A DNA stretch of 64,000 nucleotides from an uncultured Lactobacillales bacterium (GTDB taxonomy: Bacteria; Pseudomonadota; Alphaproteobacteria; CAAHEQ01; UBA3637), in assembly GCA_964414185.1 (NCBI GenBank), contig CAYPVK010000005.1:30876-94875 (forward strand). Direction: 5' to 3'. Positions 53,889-63,532 of this stretch are shown one piece after another. The position numbers and the translations under genes are program-made. The notes beneath the pieces are model-generated. The model ran no database searches and was not told the origin of the DNA. It saw only the letters and a list, made by a program, of their open reading frames with translations. Each line of letters opens with the position of its first letter. Position 1 is the stretch's first letter.

Positions 53889-55028
53889 TTACGAACCCAA
53901 CCCCATGCCGGACACCATTTGGTCTTGCATGGCGAACGTTCCCATAACCACCCATGCGATAATGGTCGCAATCATCAAAATCGCGATACCGTTTAACACG
54001 GCGGCTTTTTGTTCAATATCTTGAACCGAAGATTCCAACCAATCGTCGGACAAGTGTTCCAATGCTTCGGGGAAGTTATCCAATTCGGCGTAAATGCGCA
54101 AATCGCCGACAACTTCTTCATCCGGAAAGCCTTGGCCCGTTTTATAAAGTGCATCGCCCAAGTTATCACCGTTGTTGACGAAAATCAATGCTCTGTCAAT
54201 TCGGTAAAGCAAATATGGCGATGCGTCAGAGCGCAAAGACCGCAATGCTTTGGAAACAGGCGTGCCGGCCTTAACCAAAGCCGCCAAAGAAAGCAACCAA
54301 CCCACGCCGATAAAAATACGGTAAATGGACCACGGCGGAAATTTATCGAAGTTTTTACGCATACCCGATTTCCAACGCGGAAAAGTTAAAACGATAACCG
54401 TAAAAATAATCGGCAACGTGGCAAACAAAATAACAGGGTGTTGGTCCACAAAATTTGACAAGCCGACCAAAGAACCGGCCAACCCCGTCCAAATCAATGT
54501 CGGAACAGCGTCTACCATCGGCGGCACCATGAATTTGCCGACACCCCAAATCAAGAAAATAACCATGACCATCAAGAACATCGGATAACCCACGGCATTA
54601 TAAACGGGAGCTTTCATCCGATTCATCCCTTCCACCACTTTAATGGTGTTGGCAATGGCTTCTTCCAAATTGGCGACATCACCGACGGACAGCATCAAAA
54701 TTTCGGTTGACGGTGCCCAACCGCGCAACGCAACCGAAAAAGATTCACCGTTTTGGATTTTTTTCATCCATTCGGCAACGGCAATTGCCATCGTATCATC
54801 GGGTGATTTACCGTCTTTTGAAGCAATTTGATACATGCGGTCCAATGCATCCATCAAAGAGAATCTGTTTTTCAATAAGGCTCTGAGCTTTTTGTAAAAG
54901 GCCAAACGATCGCTTGTATACATACGAACCGTGGTACGCGCGTACCAATAATTGAGTACGTTCGTTCGGCTCATCCCCTTTTGAGCGATTTTACTGCGGC
55001 TGGATTTCGGCGGTTGCATTTCGGCCAT
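53889..55028 (-). CDS. Type IV pilus/T2SS inner-membrane platform protein, GspF/PilC family (R64 PilR-like)
   Basis: 379 aa. A cytoplasmic helical domain is followed by three TM segments (PMFLMVMVIFLIWGVGKFMVPP; VILFATLPIIFTVIVLTF; AAVLNGIAILMIATIIAWVVM). Last gene of the operon. Confidence 0.65.
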   Translation of the reverse strand: MAEMQPPKSSRSKIAQKGMSRTNVLNYWYARTTVRMYTSDRLAFYKKLRALLKNRFSLMDALDRMYQIASKDGKSPDDTMAIAVAEWMKKIQNGESFSVALRGWAPSTEILMLSVGDVANLEEAIANTIKVVEGMNRMKAPVYNAVGYPMFLMVMVIFLIWGVGKFMVPPMVDAVPTLIWTGLAGSLVGLSNFVDQHPVILFATLPIIFTVIVLTFPRWKSGMRKNFDKFPPWSIYRIFIGVGWLLSLAALVKAGTPVSKALRSLRSDASPYLLYRIDRALIFVNNGDNLGDALYKTGQGFPDEEVVGDLRIYAELDNFPEALEHLSDDWLESSVQDIEQKAAVLNGIAILMIATIIAWVVMGTFAMQDQMVSGMGLGS

Positions 55029-55042
55029 CGGTCAAACTCCTT

Positions 55043-57340
55043 TTAAACTGTAACGTCATTGAATAAACCTGTCCATCTTTCGACTTCGTCAATGTCAATG
55101 ACCCCTTTTAACATGCGTGCTTGGGCTGCTTCACGCAATGTGTGCCCGTTTAATTCCGTTACCCAATAATCCATGGCTTTTTTGGATTCGCCGCGGATCA
55201 TCAAATCCAAGAATGTTGCGTCGGGCAACAAAAATTCGCCCACGACGGTTCGCCCTTTCACACCGCGATATTCACAATGCTTACAACCCGGACCCCTTAA
55301 ATACGATAATTCAACCCCCATGTCGCCATACGCTTGGCGCAAACGTTGTACCGCCGGATTATCTAAACGGTCCTTTGCCCGGATACGGCAGTAAGGGCAA
55401 ATTTTACGGAACAAACGTTGAGACAACATCCCTTTCATAATACTCGGGTCTTGCAATTTAAAATCTTCCACGCCCATATCTTTTAAACGCATCATAATAG
55501 CCGGTGCCGAATTGGCGTGCAAAGTCGTCCAAACGCTGTGACCCGACAAAGCTCCGCGGAAAGCCAAGTCCGCCGCGGCCAATGTACGAATTTCCCCAAT
55601 CATCAATGCATCCGGGTCAGAACGCAAAGCGGCCGCCAAAGCTTTAGTAAATTCGCGGTCTTTAGCCTCTTCGGATGTTGCATTGGTCACGGGCATTTGG
55701 CGAGCACCCGGAATCGGGTATTCCGGCGGGTCTTCCACCGTAATCAGGTTGAGTTCGTAATTGCGTTCTTGCAACATTGAAATCATATTGCGTTGCAATG
55801 TTGTCGATTTACCGGAACCCGTCGGGCCGGCTACAATAACCATGCCGGTCGGAATAGCACGCATCCGATAAAATAATTCCGTTTCTTGCGGTTCAAAACC
55901 CAAAACGCTTAAATCACCGGCCGATTCGGCGTTGTCTTCATCATACAACAAACGCATAACAACATAACGCGTACCGAATGCAATCGGGTTAAATTGTAAA
56001 CGAATACCTTGTACGTTGCGTGGCAAAGTCAATTTGCCGTTTGAGCCGCGCAATGCCGTTTTTCCGACTTTTTGTGCAGCTTGATATTCATTTTGCGCGT
56101 AGTTGGCATCCGAAATATCGGCGGATGCAAATGCTGCGCGGACAAAGCTTTCACCCCAATCGCGATTATATTCCATTTCCGTTTGCATCAAACCGTTCAT
56201 ACGGAACATGACGGTCGTGTGGTCGGCCACAACAATGTGAATATCCGAAATGTGGTTAGCAGCGGCTTTTGAAACAATCGTTACAAAGTCGCGTTGCATA
56301 CGTGCTTGTTCTTGATTGGTTTCTTCCACGTCCGCCGGTGTTTTGGACCGCATTTTGCCGGCGTATTCGTAAATGTTGTTGATGACAACTTGGGGAACAT
56401 ATTCGGGTTGCCCGATTTGCAAACGGCGACGGCGCGTATCGGTTACGAACAACAGCGGCGGTCCGTCATATTTATGATTTTCGGCAACAAAAAAACGTCC
56501 GTTTGAAAAAAGTGCCAACATCGACCGTGTCGTATCGGATATGACATATGATCCGCCCGGTGCCGTAATACATTCGTTGCCGTTAGAAAATAATTCCTTT
56601 AGAAAATTCGATGAAGCATAATTTACTTTTTGGAGAGCATCTTCCCGCTTCAGTTGCTGAGTATTGCCTTTTTGAAGCGGCAATTGCGATTTAATGTTGT
56701 CTTTCGGTTTCGGTTGAATATTAATGCGTTCAATCGGAAACGATACTTTATCGGACGTATCTCTTGCTTGTGGGTGCAAATCCTTCGTCCGGAAATTTGT
56801 TGCTTCCCCGACGTTATTTGAAGATACAGTATCGGTGGAAATGGGATGGTCGGATTCGTTATTTGATTCGTTGGTGTTTTTGGTAAAATCGTCCGTATTT
56901 TCGGAGTCGTCTTCCGACATTTGCGGGATAACGGGCGTAGTCGGTATGACAGGGGGCATCGGTTCATCAGGTGAATTAATCATATTTTCTCCGCTGTCCG
57001 ATTCGATTGAATTTTCACCCTGTTTCGATTGTTCGAAAACAGTATCGTCCGTTTGACGATCAGATATATTTTCGATTTCATTTTGTGTTTCGTCAAAAGA
57101 ACGATTATTTTGTTCGCCGTTGTTTTCAAACGAACCATATTCGTCCGAATCTTTCGGCAAATTGGGTTCAAAGCCGGACGATTCGTTCGTATCTCCGCCG
57201 ATTTCGGGCAAAACGGGGGCATCATCCATAAATATGGCTTCAGTATCGACAAACGCATTTTTGTCATAAAAAGAACTCCCGCGCACCGGAGACGGCACGA
57301 GTTCCGAATTTGAAGAAAGCGTTTTATCCTGTTCAGCCAA
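55043..57340 (-). CDS. GspE/PilB-family secretion ATPase with ~270-aa acidic disordered N-terminal extension (R64 PilQ-like)
   Basis: Walker A VVAGPTGSGKSTTLQ, Asp/His boxes and the tetracysteine motif CPYCR...CKHCEYRG typical of GspE/PilB extension ATPases. The N-terminal third is Asp/Glu/Ser/Asn-rich low complexity. Confidence 0.8.
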   Translation of the reverse strand: MAEQDKTLSSNSELVPSPVRGSSFYDKNAFVDTEAIFMDDAPVLPEIGGDTNESSGFEPNLPKDSDEYGSFENNGEQNNRSFDETQNEIENISDRQTDDTVFEQSKQGENSIESDSGENMINSPDEPMPPVIPTTPVIPQMSEDDSENTDDFTKNTNESNNESDHPISTDTVSSNNVGEATNFRTKDLHPQARDTSDKVSFPIERINIQPKPKDNIKSQLPLQKGNTQQLKREDALQKVNYASSNFLKELFSNGNECITAPGGSYVISDTTRSMLALFSNGRFFVAENHKYDGPPLLFVTDTRRRRLQIGQPEYVPQVVINNIYEYAGKMRSKTPADVEETNQEQARMQRDFVTIVSKAAANHISDIHIVVADHTTVMFRMNGLMQTEMEYNRDWGESFVRAAFASADISDANYAQNEYQAAQKVGKTALRGSNGKLTLPRNVQGIRLQFNPIAFGTRYVVMRLLYDEDNAESAGDLSVLGFEPQETELFYRMRAIPTGMVIVAGPTGSGKSTTLQRNMISMLQERNYELNLITVEDPPEYPIPGARQMPVTNATSEEAKDREFTKALAAALRSDPDALMIGEIRTLAAADLAFRGALSGHSVWTTLHANSAPAIMMRLKDMGVEDFKLQDPSIMKGMLSQRLFRKICPYCRIRAKDRLDNPAVQRLRQAYGDMGVELSYLRGPGCKHCEYRGVKGRTVVGEFLLPDATFLDLMIRGESKKAMDYWVTELNGHTLREAAQARMLKGVIDIDEVERWTGLFNDVTV

Positions 57341-57366
57341 AGATTGTTACCCCCTTAATAATATCC

Positions 57367-58332
57367 TTATTCAACGGGATCGGCCGGTACCGTCGGCGTT
57401 GAAACTTTTTTCGGGCCTGCTAAAACAAGAGAACTTTCGTTATCGCCGTAAACGACAAAAACGGCATCTTTCGTGATTTTTTTGACAATATGACCGGATG
57501 GTAACCTGTCATCTACACTGACAGTCAATACAGAATCGTCTTCCAAATCACGCAATTGAGCTTTTAATATGCCGCGAATCCCTTTTACGCTGGTCAGAAC
57601 ATATAAATCGCTGAAAACAGCATTCGTTTTTATCGGATTGATTTCGATAGCCGGAGCATCGCTCGTGTTATCATTTGCCGCTTGTGCTTTTTCCAACGCT
57701 TCGGCACGCAATTGTTCACGCAAAGCTTCCGCTTCGGCAATTTTTTGTTCAAGTGCTGCGGCTTCTTCTTTCTTTTGTTCGGCTTCTAAACGGATTTTTT
57801 CCTGTTCCTGCCACCATTTGATACGGCTGCGAACAACTTCTTCGCGTTTGGCAATTTCATCCAAACGGGCTTGACGATAAGTTGCTTTTAATTTTTCCAA
57901 ATCATTTTTAAGCGTTTCTTTTTGCGTTTGCAATTTCAAAAAGACATTGCCGCGTTCCAAGTCAGCCATTTCTTGGAAAACTTCACTGGTAATACGCCCG
58001 AGCAATTGTTCACTCGGTAAATCGCGCGGAGAAACGGAACGTTCCATCGAAGACGGACCGGTAATAATGCTTTCCGAAACACCGGGCAAAGGTGCTAATT
58101 CCAACGAACCCAAAGTCGGACGATTGGGGAAATCGACGACTTGCTTGGATTCCGTAGGGACGTCATTTAATTCTTTTTCAAGAAGGGCGCGGCTCGCTTC
58201 ATCCAAAACTTTCGGAGCTTCCAAATTTGTGTTTGCTTCCTGAGCCTTAACCGGCATACCGACAAGGGCAACGGTCAGCATTAAAGCGCTTAATAATGAT
58301 AAAGGTTTATTTGGCATAAATTCTCCCTTCAT
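57367..58332 (-). CDS. Periplasmic coiled-coil protein, PilP-like
   Basis: Signal peptide, then ~90 aa of Glu/Lys/Ala-rich coiled coil (EEKIRLEAEQKKEEAAALEQKIAEAEALREQLRAEALE), then a C-terminal beta domain. Position matches pilP in R64-type operons. Confidence 0.4.
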   Translation of the reverse strand: MKGEFMPNKPLSLLSALMLTVALVGMPVKAQEANTNLEAPKVLDEASRALLEKELNDVPTESKQVVDFPNRPTLGSLELAPLPGVSESIITGPSSMERSVSPRDLPSEQLLGRITSEVFQEMADLERGNVFLKLQTQKETLKNDLEKLKATYRQARLDEIAKREEVVRSRIKWWQEQEKIRLEAEQKKEEAAALEQKIAEAEALREQLRAEALEKAQAANDNTSDAPAIEINPIKTNAVFSDLYVLTSVKGIRGILKAQLRDLEDDSVLTVSVDDRLPSGHIVKKITKDAVFVVYGDNESSLVLAGPKKVSTPTVPADPVE

Positions 58333-59638
58333 ACTTCCATTTGTTATTGACTGATTCTACTGCTGGGTTATACTCGATTTTTAACAATTCCAGGCCTGAA
58401 AACTTATCAAAGAACGGTTTCCATTCCCATGGCGTATAGGCCGATACGACCGTAAAGGCGTAATAAGTATAATTTTGTTGATTCGGCGGCGGTGTACCGT
58501 CGGGATTGTTTGGCGGATCTTGAACCGTTTGCACCGAAAATTGGATGGGCAAGTTGGTCGCTTGCGAAATATCCGTTAATTCTTCACGGATTTGAGAAGC
58601 CGTTAACGTCGGAATGGAAGCTTCCAACGGAATATCGTTAAATGTGATACGACCCGACGCAATATTGCCCGATTCGTTTAATTGAATGTCGATACGGGAA
58701 ATTTTATATTCTTCAATCGCTTTTTTTACCCAAGCTATACGCCCGCCCGGATTCCATGATTTTGTCCAATTTGTCGTGATGCCGGTCGGCGTGCAAACAA
58801 CCGTACCCAATTGCCAACCCGGTATTGTCAGGTTGTTTAATTGATACGAATTGTTCCAACATTTATTTAAAAAGACATTTATATCCGGTAATTTTTCCCA
58901 CGGTTTCGGCTTTTCAGGCGCCGGCACGACCGGTTCAATGACAGTTGGTGTCGGTACGGCCACAATCTTTTCTTGAGTAAAGACGGTTTCCCACAGCGAA
59001 CTGACCAAATAAACAACGCCGCCCAATAACGCAATAACCACTAAGGTAATGCCGATTAAAAATTGCGTGCGTTTTACGGCGCTGAGTTCGACTAAACGAA
59101 TTTTGCGTGCGTTCTTAACGACGGGTGCCAGTTCAACTTCTTCGGATCCTTCAATTTCCCAATTTTTAGGCGCGATTTTTATGTCCCAATCCGGAACGGC
59201 CATCATTGAAAAAAACGCGCGTTGAGCATCTTCTTCATTCGTAAACAGACGGTCTTCTTCGGACAAAATCAAATCGTTACGGATGGAAACAAACCACCAA
59301 CCTTCTTTGACCTTAAAGACGGCACAAACGGATGTTTTGTCGGCGTAATAGCTGGCAACGGCGGCAGCGGCAGACGGTTGCCCTTCGCGATGGCCCATTG
59401 ATTTGCGTCCGACACCGTATTGGGGAGCGGATGCGGGCCTTAAACAATACAGATCCAAGCCCGGTTCGCTTTCAATAACTTCGCGAATTTCGGGAATCGG
59501 ATCATCCGGATTTTGCAACGATTGCCACATCAACCCGACGGCATAAATCGTACCGCCGACGACAATGGTACCCAATAGATCTTGTCGTTCCTGATATTGT
59601 GTCGGTGCGCCCGCTTGCGAAATGTCTGTATTTTCCAC
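58307..59638 (-). CDS. Bitopic inner-membrane protein, PilO (R64/PF06864)-like
   Basis: 443 aa with a single central TM (LIGITLVVIALLGGVVYLVSSLW). Size and position match R64 PilO (431 aa). Overlaps the downstream gene by 26 nt. Confidence 0.4.
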   Translation of the reverse strand: MENTDISQAGAPTQYQERQDLLGTIVVGGTIYAVGLMWQSLQNPDDPIPEIREVIESEPGLDLYCLRPASAPQYGVGRKSMGHREGQPSAAAAVASYYADKTSVCAVFKVKEGWWFVSIRNDLILSEEDRLFTNEEDAQRAFFSMMAVPDWDIKIAPKNWEIEGSEEVELAPVVKNARKIRLVELSAVKRTQFLIGITLVVIALLGGVVYLVSSLWETVFTQEKIVAVPTPTVIEPVVPAPEKPKPWEKLPDINVFLNKCWNNSYQLNNLTIPGWQLGTVVCTPTGITTNWTKSWNPGGRIAWVKKAIEEYKISRIDIQLNESGNIASGRITFNDIPLEASIPTLTASQIREELTDISQATNLPIQFSVQTVQDPPNNPDGTPPPNQQNYTYYAFTVVSAYTPWEWKPFFDKFSGLELLKIEYNPAVESVNNKWKYEGRIYAK

Positions 59639-59668
59639 TGAAGCTTACTCCTACTTAACTTACCCTAT

Positions 59669-61345
59669 TTAAAAGTCGCGCATCCGGGTTTCGGGCGATA
59701 AAGGCGATTCCAAAACCTCAGGTGTCAACAAGATAACCAATACGTTGCGTACGCGTTTCGAATAGGATTTTCCGCCCAGTAAGCTCATTTTCGCTCTGCC
59801 GATGCCGGAAGTTTCCGTTTGGTTTTGAATGCTTTCAAAACCGGTCAAAACAAGAGTGGAACCCGAACGCATGGCAATTTCTTGCATAAAGCCGCGCATT
59901 TGCATTTTCGGCAATTGTACGATGGATTGGTCCGTATCTCCGGTATTGTCATCGTCATCTTCGTTTTCGTTTTCGTTTTCGTCTTCATCGGAATTATTAT
60001 TATTATTTGAATTTGTTCCCGAAGACGAGAATGTTGTCAATGAAATAAGATCCGTCAAATTCAATGAGAACAAAACAATCAAACGGCCGTGATCCAAAAT
60101 CCGCGGTAAAATTTCCATCGTGAAACCGTAATTCAACGTATCCGTTTCATAATCGACTTCCGTATTTCTGTCCGTACCGCTGCCGTTTGTTGTAACATTT
60201 GTTTCTTTCACATAGTTTTCTGATGTTGAAATTTGAACGGGCGCAATTTTATTGTTCAACGTCGTAACGGAAGAGCTGGTCACCAATGATGTTTTTCCTT
60301 GAGTTGACAATGCTTGAATAATGGCACCCGAATCTTTCCATCTGGAATTCGGATCAATCAAAGTCATCGAAAGCAAGCCCGCGACACCGGATGTGCCGGA
60401 ACCGGCCGCAGCGTCAATGAAGTACGGACTGTAATAATTGCCGGACAATTTATTGCTGTTGAAAACGGCTTTTAAATCCAAACCGTAATTGTCTTCGGCA
60501 TTGATTTCAACTTGCAAAATTTTTACCGAAATAGCAACTTGTCTGGACATTTTTTCATTCCAGTTATTAATATATGACGCTACTTTGCGCATGACAAACG
60601 GGCTGGCCGTAACGGTAACGGTACCCGTTGCGCGGCTGAAAGAAAGTTTCCCTTCTTCACCGACCACTTGTTCAATCCCTTTTTCAATGCTGTCCCATAA
60701 GGCCAAATTGGCGGAAGTGGACAAATTCGACGAAGAATTGCCTTCCGTGGAACCGTTTGCCCCCATTGACGCCCCTTGAATTGAAGCATCCATTTGTGTT
60801 TCATTCGGTAAAGCATACAATGTAAAGACACGTGTTTCTTTCGTATAGAAAGTTATTACGCCGCCGCGGTAACGCCACCAAACGCCATAGCGGTTGGAAA
60901 TATAATTCAACAGACCGCTGAGTTTACCCGAATAATTAACGGGCACCGTTTCGGTCGGTACGGCGTTTTCGGCCTTCAAATCATCCAAACGAACCGAAAT
61001 GCCCGTCATATCCGTCAATTCTTGGGCTAAAACAGGCAAAGTTTCTTCCTCGGCAATGGAAACGGTAATACCGTCATCTTTTTCAGCCCAAGCGGGCAGG
61101 GCATCACCTTCCATAATCTTAACGCTTTGATTACCGAGCCAAATATCGTTTTTGGAACGGACCGTGTCGACCGGCTCCGGAATATCGGGTACTTGCGCTT
61201 GTTGCAAAGCTTCTTCAGCGCGTTCCAAAGTCGTTTCGATTTTGGCATTGGTTTCTTTCGTGTATTTTTCACAGGAGGTTAAGGCTAAAACCCCTAAAAC
61301 AACACCGACAAATAACCCCAGTTTCTTATTAATCTGCATTTTCAT
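59669..61345 (-). CDS. Secretin lipoprotein (R64 PilN-like) with acidic low-complexity insert
   Basis: Lipobox ALTSC. The C-terminal secretin domain ends ...GIGRAKMSLLGGKSYSKRVRNVLVILLTPEVL. An internal insert NSNNNNNSDEDENENENEDDDDNTGD is encoded partly by (GTTTTC)3 on the plus strand. Confidence 0.7.
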   Translation of the reverse strand: MKMQINKKLGLFVGVVLGVLALTSCEKYTKETNAKIETTLERAEEALQQAQVPDIPEPVDTVRSKNDIWLGNQSVKIMEGDALPAWAEKDDGITVSIAEEETLPVLAQELTDMTGISVRLDDLKAENAVPTETVPVNYSGKLSGLLNYISNRYGVWWRYRGGVITFYTKETRVFTLYALPNETQMDASIQGASMGANGSTEGNSSSNLSTSANLALWDSIEKGIEQVVGEEGKLSFSRATGTVTVTASPFVMRKVASYINNWNEKMSRQVAISVKILQVEINAEDNYGLDLKAVFNSNKLSGNYYSPYFIDAAAGSGTSGVAGLLSMTLIDPNSRWKDSGAIIQALSTQGKTSLVTSSSVTTLNNKIAPVQISTSENYVKETNVTTNGSGTDRNTEVDYETDTLNYGFTMEILPRILDHGRLIVLFSLNLTDLISLTTFSSSGTNSNNNNNSDEDENENENEDDDDNTGDTDQSIVQLPKMQMRGFMQEIAMRSGSTLVLTGFESIQNQTETSGIGRAKMSLLGGKSYSKRVRNVLVILLTPEVLESPLSPETRMRDF

Positions 61346-62153
61346 CCTCCTGCGTGTTAATTACCAACACTCTGTTTCCTTTATAGAATGTGCCGATGGG
61401 GGCAGGCGTCGCCCTGGCAAAAGAGCGAATGAGAGCACCGGATACTTCCGTGAATGTGCCGCGGAATACAACGCCTGCTTCCAAATGATAATCTCTTTCC
61501 AATTTCCAAATAATCGTCCAACCGGATTTTTCACCCCAATCCATCAACAAAGTACGCAATGTTGAACCGGCCGTTGCTTCCCAGTCATGGCATTCTTCGC
61601 CATAAGCAACTTTTTTGGCCAATGCGGATTTTTGGTTGACAACCGTTTTGATTGTTTTTTCTTCAACTTTTGAAGGAGCGACAACCGATACGACAGGCGC
61701 GTTTGTGCTTTCGGTTGTTGTTGTTTCCACGACGGTTGTTTCAACAACTTTTGTTCCCGTTTTATCTGCTGCTTTCGTTTCGATGACTTTCGTTTCGGAG
61801 GCTTGTGTTTGTGCTTCAATTTCAACGACTTGCGGCTTTTGCGCTTTGTCCTTTACGGATACGCCTTTGTCTCCGGCCGGTTTTGAACGGGCCAAATCGC
61901 CGTTTCCCGCAGAAATAACCACCGGTTTTTTATTTGACGTTGTCGTGGTAACCGTATATGTATCGGAAGAAAATTCGGGCAAATACATGCCGGTTTGATT
62001 ATCCGTTACCATAACACATTCAATCCCGGCTTCATCGTAGCAATCCGGGACAATAACAATGTCTTCTTGGTCGTTTGCGGCGCAACCTGCCAATCCCAAC
62101 GAGCAGGAAATGACGGCCACATACGCGGTTTGTTTCAATAAACTGGGTTTCAT
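61329..62153 (-). CDS. Lipoprotein with TcpQ-like C-terminal domain (PilL-like)
   Basis: Lipobox LAGCAAND, a Thr/Val/Glu-rich linker, and the C-terminal ECHDWEATAGSTLRTLLMDWGEKSGWTIIWKL...GTFTEVSGALIRSF resembling the TcpQ-type domain of PilL proteins. Overlaps the secretin gene by 17 nt. Confidence 0.45.
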   Translation of the reverse strand: MKPSLLKQTAYVAVISCSLGLAGCAANDQEDIVIVPDCYDEAGIECVMVTDNQTGMYLPEFSSDTYTVTTTTSNKKPVVISAGNGDLARSKPAGDKGVSVKDKAQKPQVVEIEAQTQASETKVIETKAADKTGTKVVETTVVETTTTESTNAPVVSVVAPSKVEEKTIKTVVNQKSALAKKVAYGEECHDWEATAGSTLRTLLMDWGEKSGWTIIWKLERDYHLEAGVVFRGTFTEVSGALIRSFARATPAPIGTFYKGNRVLVINTQEDENAD

Positions 62154-62237
62154 TTTTTACTCCTTCTTTTTACAATATCGTATTTTTGGGGAATATACAA
62201 TATTATTTTTTTATTTTCCTTTTTTACTTTGACGCAT

Positions 62238-63275
62238 CTACCATGCCGTTGTTTGTTTTTCAATCTTTCTGCCCGTGCTCGATTCGGTAACGATTACCTG
62301 TTGAGGATCGCTTTTAAGCGCGGTGCGCAAAACCAAACTGTTCGGTTCGCGGTTTGTTTGAAGCATGCGGATTTGGTGAGATGACAAACCGTTGCTCATC
62401 AAAGTATTGCGCACAAGTGCCAATCGTTTGTATTGAATTTCGGGGTCTTGATTGCTGACGCGGACTTCTACAACAAGACGCGGGTCGGCCAAAGCGCTTT
62501 TGGCATACGCTTTAATCCACTTTAAAGTTTGTCCCGAAAAATCGGTTGCGTTTTTATAAAAAGATACTTTGATTTCCTGAGGCATGATAAAACCGGGCTT
62601 TTCCCCTTGTTCGGAAGCACTCAAGAATTGATCGGCGTATTCCGACGGAATGACGTGGCGCACATACTTGTCGGGAGTGGGTTCGACCGTCGGTTTTTCG
62701 GGTAATGGTGCCAACGGAATAAGTATCGGCGTTGTCCGAGCCGTTTTGGTTACGCGTGTCGTGGTCGTTGTTGTCGTTGTTCCGCCGGCGGTGTGGCCGG
62801 TACCGAGTTGTTTCGGCGTACGTGTGCCGTTTGGCGATGTTGTGCCGGTTGCATTCGCGGATAACGAAGCGACATCAATGTCAATATTGATATCTTCACC
62901 GACGGGGGCAGGTGTCGCACCGACGTTTTGCGATGTTAAAACGATCGGCAATTCTTGCGTTGTCGTACGGGTCATTGTCGTGGTGGTGGTTGTTGTTTTT
63001 GTACTTTCGCCTTCTTTGACTTCAATCATGTCATTAGAGGCGGTTTCGCCTTCGACGGGCAACAAATAAGTCGGTAATAAGAAATCGCCTTCGGCGGTAA
63101 TGGTTGCAACGGCATCTTCGGCCGTATCGTCTTTTTCATCCGTCAACAGTTCGGCGGTTTCGTTCGGGTCACCGTCGCCTTGCGCAATTTCCGCATAAAC
63201 GGGATGTATGCACAGCATTCCCAAAATCATGCAGATGCCTAATGACGAAGTAAAAAAGAGTTTATGTTTTACCAT
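62238..63275 (-). CDS. Secreted Thr-rich protein with OmpA-like peptidoglycan-binding C-terminal domain (first gene of operon)
   Basis: Signal peptide, two poly-Thr runs (TKTTTTTTTMTRTTT; GGTTTTTTTTRVTKTARTT), then a C-terminus ...LVVEVRVSNQDPEIQYKRLALVRNTLMSNGLSSHQI matching the OmpA_C pattern. Confidence 0.4.
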   Translation of the reverse strand: MVKHKLFFTSSLGICMILGMLCIHPVYAEIAQGDGDPNETAELLTDEKDDTAEDAVATITAEGDFLLPTYLLPVEGETASNDMIEVKEGESTKTTTTTTTMTRTTTQELPIVLTSQNVGATPAPVGEDINIDIDVASLSANATGTTSPNGTRTPKQLGTGHTAGGTTTTTTTTRVTKTARTTPILIPLAPLPEKPTVEPTPDKYVRHVIPSEYADQFLSASEQGEKPGFIMPQEIKVSFYKNATDFSGQTLKWIKAYAKSALADPRLVVEVRVSNQDPEIQYKRLALVRNTLMSNGLSSHQIRMLQTNREPNSLVLRTALKSDPQQVIVTESSTGRKIEKQTTAW

Positions 63276-63532
63276 GGCTTGTTCGTCCCTTCATAAGAGT
63301 TTAAGCGGTTTTCCCGATAAAATTATACAATTCATATCATCCTATGAAACTGTTTTATAGCATAGAATGTTTTGGAATGAAAGAAAAATATTTAATTTTT
63401 TACTAACAATTTAGCATTTTTTTTGTTATTTCAAAAAAACAGTAAAAAAGGACTGGACAAAACACCGAAAACAATGTAAAATAATATTAAGCTCTTGAAA
63501 CGGGGCTTAATTACTTAAACAAGGAGGTTATT

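Noticed and set aside
59940-60010. Short tandem hexamer repeat, considered as a possible CRISPR or contingency repeat
   Set aside because: There are only ~3 units of 6 nt, with no spacers, and it lies in-frame inside the secretin CDS. It is a low-complexity coding repeat, not a CRISPR array.
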